This document shows positions 59,770 through 64,000 of a stretch of DNA of 64,000 nt, piece after piece. The notes under the pieces are model-generated. The model was not told the origin of the DNA. It was given only the letters and a program-made list of their open reading frames with translations, and did not search any database. The translations under genes and the position numbers were made by a program. The DNA lies in assembly GCA_963804995.1 (NCBI GenBank), contig CAWDSK010000006.1:1792001-1856000 (forward strand). Direction: 5' to 3'. The first letter of the stretch is position 1. Every line of letters begins with the position of its first letter. Origin of the DNA: an uncultured Acidobacteriota bacterium. GTDB taxonomy: Bacteria; Acidobacteriota; Terriglobia; UBA7540.

Positions 59770-61257
59770 TCAGAAGGATCCTGTCAGCGTTTGCAATTGC
59801 GCCAGCGCCAGCCGGAAGCGCGCTTGTGCATCATCATAAGCGTTGCGGGCCTGGGTGAGCGTGTTTTGTGCATCCACGACTTCCAGCGCCGAGGCTTGCC
59901 CGGCCTGATACCTCAAGGTCGTCAAGCGCGCCCCCTCGCTCGCCAGGTTGGCGGTTTCACGCAAGGTGTCCACCATCGACTTGGCCGTCTGAGCTTCGTT
60001 ATAAAAAGAATACAACTCACTGATCGTCTGCCGCTGGGCCAAGGTCAATTCCACGCGCGCCTGCTGGCGGTGGTATTCCGCCTGCCGAAGCTTACTGCGC
60101 AACGAGCCCCAGTCCCAAACCGGCAGATTCAGAGTTATGGTAGCAAAATATCCGACGTTGGGAAGAGGGCCCTTTTCAGGAAAGGCCGACACCACGCTGC
60201 GGAGAGCGAAGGCATTGGCTTCGATACCATAATCAAAATCGGTGGTGATGGAGGGCAGCAGCGCGGAGCGCGCAGCGGAAACGCCGAGATTTGATTCTCG
60301 CACCGCTTCCATGGCCACGCGCAGGTCCGGGTTCTCACGTGCCGCCATCGCCCGCGCGTCAGAGAAAGAGGGCAGGCTCTGCCCCTGGTCAAGGTCGTCG
60401 ACTACGGAAAAGTTTTCCGTGAGCGTGGGAAAAACCAGAACCGCAAGCGTCAGGCGGTCGTTTTCCATCTGCAACTGCGTGTCCCGCAAGATCGCCTGCT
60501 GCTGGTTGAACTGAATCTGGGCCTTGATGACGTCACTGTGCGCGGCCTCGCCCTGGCGTTCCTGGTCCTTCGTCATTGCCAGGAAGCGCTCCGACTGCTT
60601 CAGGCTCTCCTCGGTGGTCTCGTATTTTCTCTGTGACACCACCAGGGCGTAATAATCTTTGGTGACGGTGACCTTCAACCCGCGGTGGGCGATTTCAGCC
60701 TTGGCTTGGGCCAGCGCCTCGAGAGCTGCGCCCCTTCGGTCCCCTACCATGGTTAGCGTGCTGAGCGAAAAATCCTGGTGCACCACGCCCCACTGGCGGT
60801 AGACGTGGACGCCGTCTTGGGTGACGTACCTCCCCGTGGAAATCTTTCCGTTGCCCTGCGTGAGAAGGGCGGCCGTTTCGAGACCGAGCGATGGGAGCCC
60901 CGCCGCGCGCGCCTGGACGTGGTCTTCCTTGGCGATTTTCGCATCGGTGACTGCCGCGGAGTATTGCGCGTCATTCCTTTCCGCGCGGTCAAGCGCATCC
61001 TGAAGCGTGATCGTCAGGTGAGGAGAGGTTTGGCCAGGCTCAACCGGCTGCACGAGCTGCAATCCGCTCTCATCCGGACCGCGTGAATCTACGTTTTGTG
61101 CCGCCATGGGAGCGGGCAGCGCCAACACGTATAGCAACGTCCCCAGCACCACAAGCGTCGCTGTGCGTTCCCGGCATCGAACCTCGCGGTTCAATCGATT
61201 TGGCCTCAGGCGGGGAACCCAGCCCTTGCGGGTCCCGGCGTTATTTCCCACGCGCAT
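59770..61257 (-). CDS. TolC family outer membrane efflux protein
   Basis: ITLQDAL, LPVWDWG, RYQAGQASALEVVDAQ; start uncertain. Confidence 0.9.
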   Translation of the reverse strand: MRVGNNAGTRKGWVPRLRPNRLNREVRCRERTATLVVLGTLLYVLALPAPMAAQNVDSRGPDESGLQLVQPVEPGQTSPHLTITLQDALDRAERNDAQYSAAVTDAKIAKEDHVQARAAGLPSLGLETAALLTQGNGKISTGRYVTQDGVHVYRQWGVVHQDFSLSTLTMVGDRRGAALEALAQAKAEIAHRGLKVTVTKDYYALVVSQRKYETTEESLKQSERFLAMTKDQERQGEAAHSDVIKAQIQFNQQQAILRDTQLQMENDRLTLAVLVFPTLTENFSVVDDLDQGQSLPSFSDARAMAARENPDLRVAMEAVRESNLGVSAARSALLPSITTDFDYGIEANAFALRSVVSAFPEKGPLPNVGYFATITLNLPVWDWGSLRSKLRQAEYHRQQARVELTLAQRQTISELYSFYNEAQTAKSMVDTLRETANLASEGARLTTLRYQAGQASALEVVDAQNTLTQARNAYDDAQARFRLALAQLQTLTGSF

Positions 61258-61345
61258 ATGCTTCCTCCTATGCTTCTGTTCAATTGGATCCCCGAGTTCT
61301 CAAAAGAAGGTAATGATAACCTGATTCCATTACACAGGCATGACC

Positions 61346-62743
61346 TCAACGAATCGTTATCCCGCCGAAGTCGTACCAGCCGTCGGGTTGGAGACCCTCG
61401 CTCGCGAGCTTGATGGCGGGCTGGCCGGTCCGTGGGTCCAACAGCGCCACGCGCACGCGATAGTCGCCAGGCTTCAAAGATTCGGGGATATAAACCGGTC
61501 CGTCAAATACCGCGTCGCCCGGCAACCACTTGCGCACATCCACAGGCAGCTTGATTGCCGCGCGGCCGGTTGCAGAGTACAACTCCAATTCCAGGTCATA
61601 CGCGCGATAAACCGGAGCCACGCCAGCATTCAGCCACCACATGTGGACCGTCTGCATCGTGCCTGCCTGGACAGCCTGCGGATATTCCAGGCGGCGCAAA
61701 ATGAATCGGTAGCCCATCTTCTTTTGGAAATCGTCAAACGCCTTTTTCCACTCGGGGGGAATCGCGGACGATTTGAGATTCACCGACAACACATGCCAGC
61801 GCAGCGCCTGACTTATGATGTAGTCGAGATCCCAGCCGCTTTGTTTCCAACCTCCCGGCACCCCGCAGGTTTCAAGGGACACGGCGCTTCGTTGCCAGGC
61901 GTCTTGGATGCCGGCGCGGACAATCTGCTGCGGGTAAAAATCCAGCATGTGGCACCAGTGCGCGCCCGTGGTGCTGCGCATATCGCCCCAGCAGTCGAGC
62001 CGCCAGCCCGCACCCTGCCCGGTCCCATAGGCCAAGGCCTTTTCCTGATCGAAGTTCATCAGCAACGGGGTGTGCTTGAACGCTTCCAGCCAGATATCAA
62101 TCAGTTCTTTCTGAACTTCAAAGGCGGGCATGTAGGGACTCCAGCCCTCACCCCAGTAGCCCACCGACGAAACATCCACGCTTTCGAGATCCGGATGCCC
62201 GTCGTACCGCTCACCCGCGGCCGCCACCAGCGCTCCCCAGTATTTCATATACAAGGGGTCCGCAAAGTCGGGCTGCCAAATCTCGCCGTCCTTGTCGGTG
62301 GGTTGGTTGGCTCGCCGTGCGCCTGACTTGCGATACCACTCCGGCAAGGGGTGCTTCTGATCGTAGGGCATTAAGCGGATTGCGAGCGTTTGATGGTGCG
62401 CGTGCGCTTGACGCAAAGCTTCGTCCAGAATCTCCCAGCGGACCTTGCCCTGCTCCGGCTCGATCGCCTCCCAGAACCAACGGCAGTAAGAAATCGACAA
62501 CAGCGGAATATCCGTCGCATTCGTCGCCGGCGCCAACTTACCCAAGGGACCTTCTTCTGACCATCCAAGCGCCGCGTTGAGCGCATCACCATTGAAGCGC
62601 TGGAACGTCTGAATGCCCATTCCAGGATTCACCAGCACTGCGTCGATTTCCTTGGGGCGAACCACCACCGTGCCACTCTGCGCCACCGCGACAGCAGCGA
62701 GCGCGAACAGGCTGACCAGGCTCAAAACAAGTTTTCGCAACAT
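61346..62743 (-). CDS. DUF4832-domain / glycoside-hydrolase-like secreted protein
   Basis: NPGMG, W..IEP..G...W, G.WGEG, MGYRFIL, N.GVAPVY. Confidence 0.8.
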   Translation of the reverse strand: MLRKLVLSLVSLFALAAVAVAQSGTVVVRPKEIDAVLVNPGMGIQTFQRFNGDALNAALGWSEEGPLGKLAPATNATDIPLLSISYCRWFWEAIEPEQGKVRWEILDEALRQAHAHHQTLAIRLMPYDQKHPLPEWYRKSGARRANQPTDKDGEIWQPDFADPLYMKYWGALVAAAGERYDGHPDLESVDVSSVGYWGEGWSPYMPAFEVQKELIDIWLEAFKHTPLLMNFDQEKALAYGTGQGAGWRLDCWGDMRSTTGAHWCHMLDFYPQQIVRAGIQDAWQRSAVSLETCGVPGGWKQSGWDLDYIISQALRWHVLSVNLKSSAIPPEWKKAFDDFQKKMGYRFILRRLEYPQAVQAGTMQTVHMWWLNAGVAPVYRAYDLELELYSATGRAAIKLPVDVRKWLPGDAVFDGPVYIPESLKPGDYRVRVALLDPRTGQPAIKLASEGLQPDGWYDFGGITIR

Positions 62744-62981
62744 GGCAGCAATCCTTATGAGGGTATTTGACCTCAGGCATTCTACTCCAGTCCTTCTGGG
62801 CTGCAAGCGACGATCGCGCAGGCTTGGCGTGTGCCATGTCGCGCTCAACAAGCCCTGACGCATGTGATTGAAATATGTCCCACGGACTTTCGCGCCACCG
62901 GAAATCAGCATGTCCCGCCACAACCCCTTTAACACGGACCTGCAACCCCGGACGGTCAATTTGCCCTCCTGCTTCGTTCCA

Positions 62982-63208
62982 CTAGTGTCCTGAGTCAGAA
63001 GTTCGCTGACAAAGTCTCACTGGGTTCAAAGGGGACCCCCTCACCCGTCCCGCCCCGGCTGATGAAAACGCCGAGGGCGGGCCACCCTCTCCCCCAAGGG
63101 GGCGAGGGCAGTAAATTCAAATGAACTCCCCCCTCGCCCCCTTGGGGGAGAGGGGCCGGGGGGAGGGGGTTTTCCAATAATCAGCGGACTTCTGACTCAG
63201 GACACTAG
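62982..63208. mobile_element. MITE type B with REP doublet cargo
   Basis: CTAGTGTCCTGAGTCAGAAGTTCG ... CGGACTTCTGACTCAGGACACTAG. Confidence 0.87.
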
Positions 63209-63314
63209 ATTTCGCTTCACGTTCCGACTATTATCGGTTCCTTCTCTGTAGCTTCAGTTCGAGGGTGGCTGCCGCCGCCTTGATAATCGCTGGAGAAGGA
63301 AACGGAGTTCCGCA

Positions 63315-63971
63315 ATGAAACATGTGCTCGTGGCATTATGTGTATCCTTCCTTCTGGCCGTGCCAACGGGGGCTCAGGCGCCCGCGGGAAACGGCTGGAT
63401 TTCCCTCTTCAATGGTACAGACCTGAATGGGTGGAAAAATAACGGACAGGAAAAATGGGTTGTGGACAATGGCTCCATCCTGGGCGAAAGCACGGTGGGT
63501 CACTACGGCTACCTCACGACGGAGAAGACCTACGGTGATTTTTCGCTGCGCCTGAAATTCAAACCCGAAACCGATGGCAACAGCGGAGTCTTCACGCGCT
63601 CGCGCATCACCGGTGACTCGCCCAAGACCGGCCCGGATATTGAAGGCATGCAGGTGGAAGTCGATCCCACCCGGCACACGGGCGGGATTTACGAGAGCGG
63701 CCGTCGGGGCTGGGTGGCGATGCCCTCGCCCGCCTGCGAAAGCGCCATCAAGCCCCGCGACTGGAACGATCTGGAAATCGCCGAAGAGGGTCACCACTAC
63801 GTCACGCGGTTGAACGGCGTGCCCTGCGTGGACTATATCGATCCGGATCCGAAGTTCACGGATGGCGTGATCGGTTTGCAGCTCCACACCGGCGGTGGGG
63901 TGAAGATCCGCTTCAAGGATATTTACCTGCTCCCTCTTTCGATAAACCCCGGCACACCCTCCTCGAAGTGA
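63315..63971 (+). CDS. DUF1080 (3-keto-disaccharide hydrolase-like) protein
   Basis: WISLFNGTDLNGW, GNSGVF, IGLQLH, FKDI. Confidence 0.92.
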   Translation: MKHVLVALCVSFLLAVPTGAQAPAGNGWISLFNGTDLNGWKNNGQEKWVVDNGSILGESTVGHYGYLTTEKTYGDFSLRLKFKPETDGNSGVFTRSRITGDSPKTGPDIEGMQVEVDPTRHTGGIYESGRRGWVAMPSPACESAIKPRDWNDLEIAEEGHHYVTRLNGVPCVDYIDPDPKFTDGVIGLQLHTGGGVKIRFKDIYLLPLSINPGTPSSK

Positions 63972-64000
63972 GAAGCCAGCTCAACGGGAACAGGGGGAAT

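Noticed and set aside
56862..60294. Long plus-strand ORFs (785 aa, 431 aa)
   Set aside because: Antisense shadows of the RND genes in GC-rich DNA, with no recognisable motifs

Overview
GC-rich (~60%) bacterial chromosomal segment, most likely Acidobacteriota (Terriglobia-like), inferred from gene content. Family assignments come from motif recognition only; no searches were run. Core genes: LOG-family protein, dacB, hemB, lptD, RDD, yceI, an S41/CtpA homolog, a divergent polysaccharide deacetylase, pstSCAB-phoU, two RND efflux operons, a porin, a transglutaminase, osmC, a CDF transporter, serS, miaA-hfq-hflX, qor, VWA, cyclase, MFS, ada, eamA, Gfo/Idh/MocA, DUF4832 and DUF1080. Two complete IS elements (IS1595 and ISKra4 families) retain their TIRs and TSDs. 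Five genes have clear 1-bp frameshifts and two more may have them; these are probably assembly errors. The standout signal is intergenic. A DUF559 (Vsr-like PD-(D/E)XK) endonuclease gene is bracketed by 81-bp inverted copies of a double-hairpin REP-like element (CCCCTCACCC...GGGAGAGGG), and a decayed second nuclease cassette has the same layout. In all, about 21 copies of the element occur at 11 loci. The gene-free doublets sit as cargo inside transposase-less shells made from the ends of different IS families, and inversion and chimera breakpoints fall at the REP termini. Also seen: heptamer arrays, GTAG REPINs, palindromes read in-frame inside efflux proteins, a probably catalytically dead CtpA, and a candidate RxPP arrest-peptide leader.
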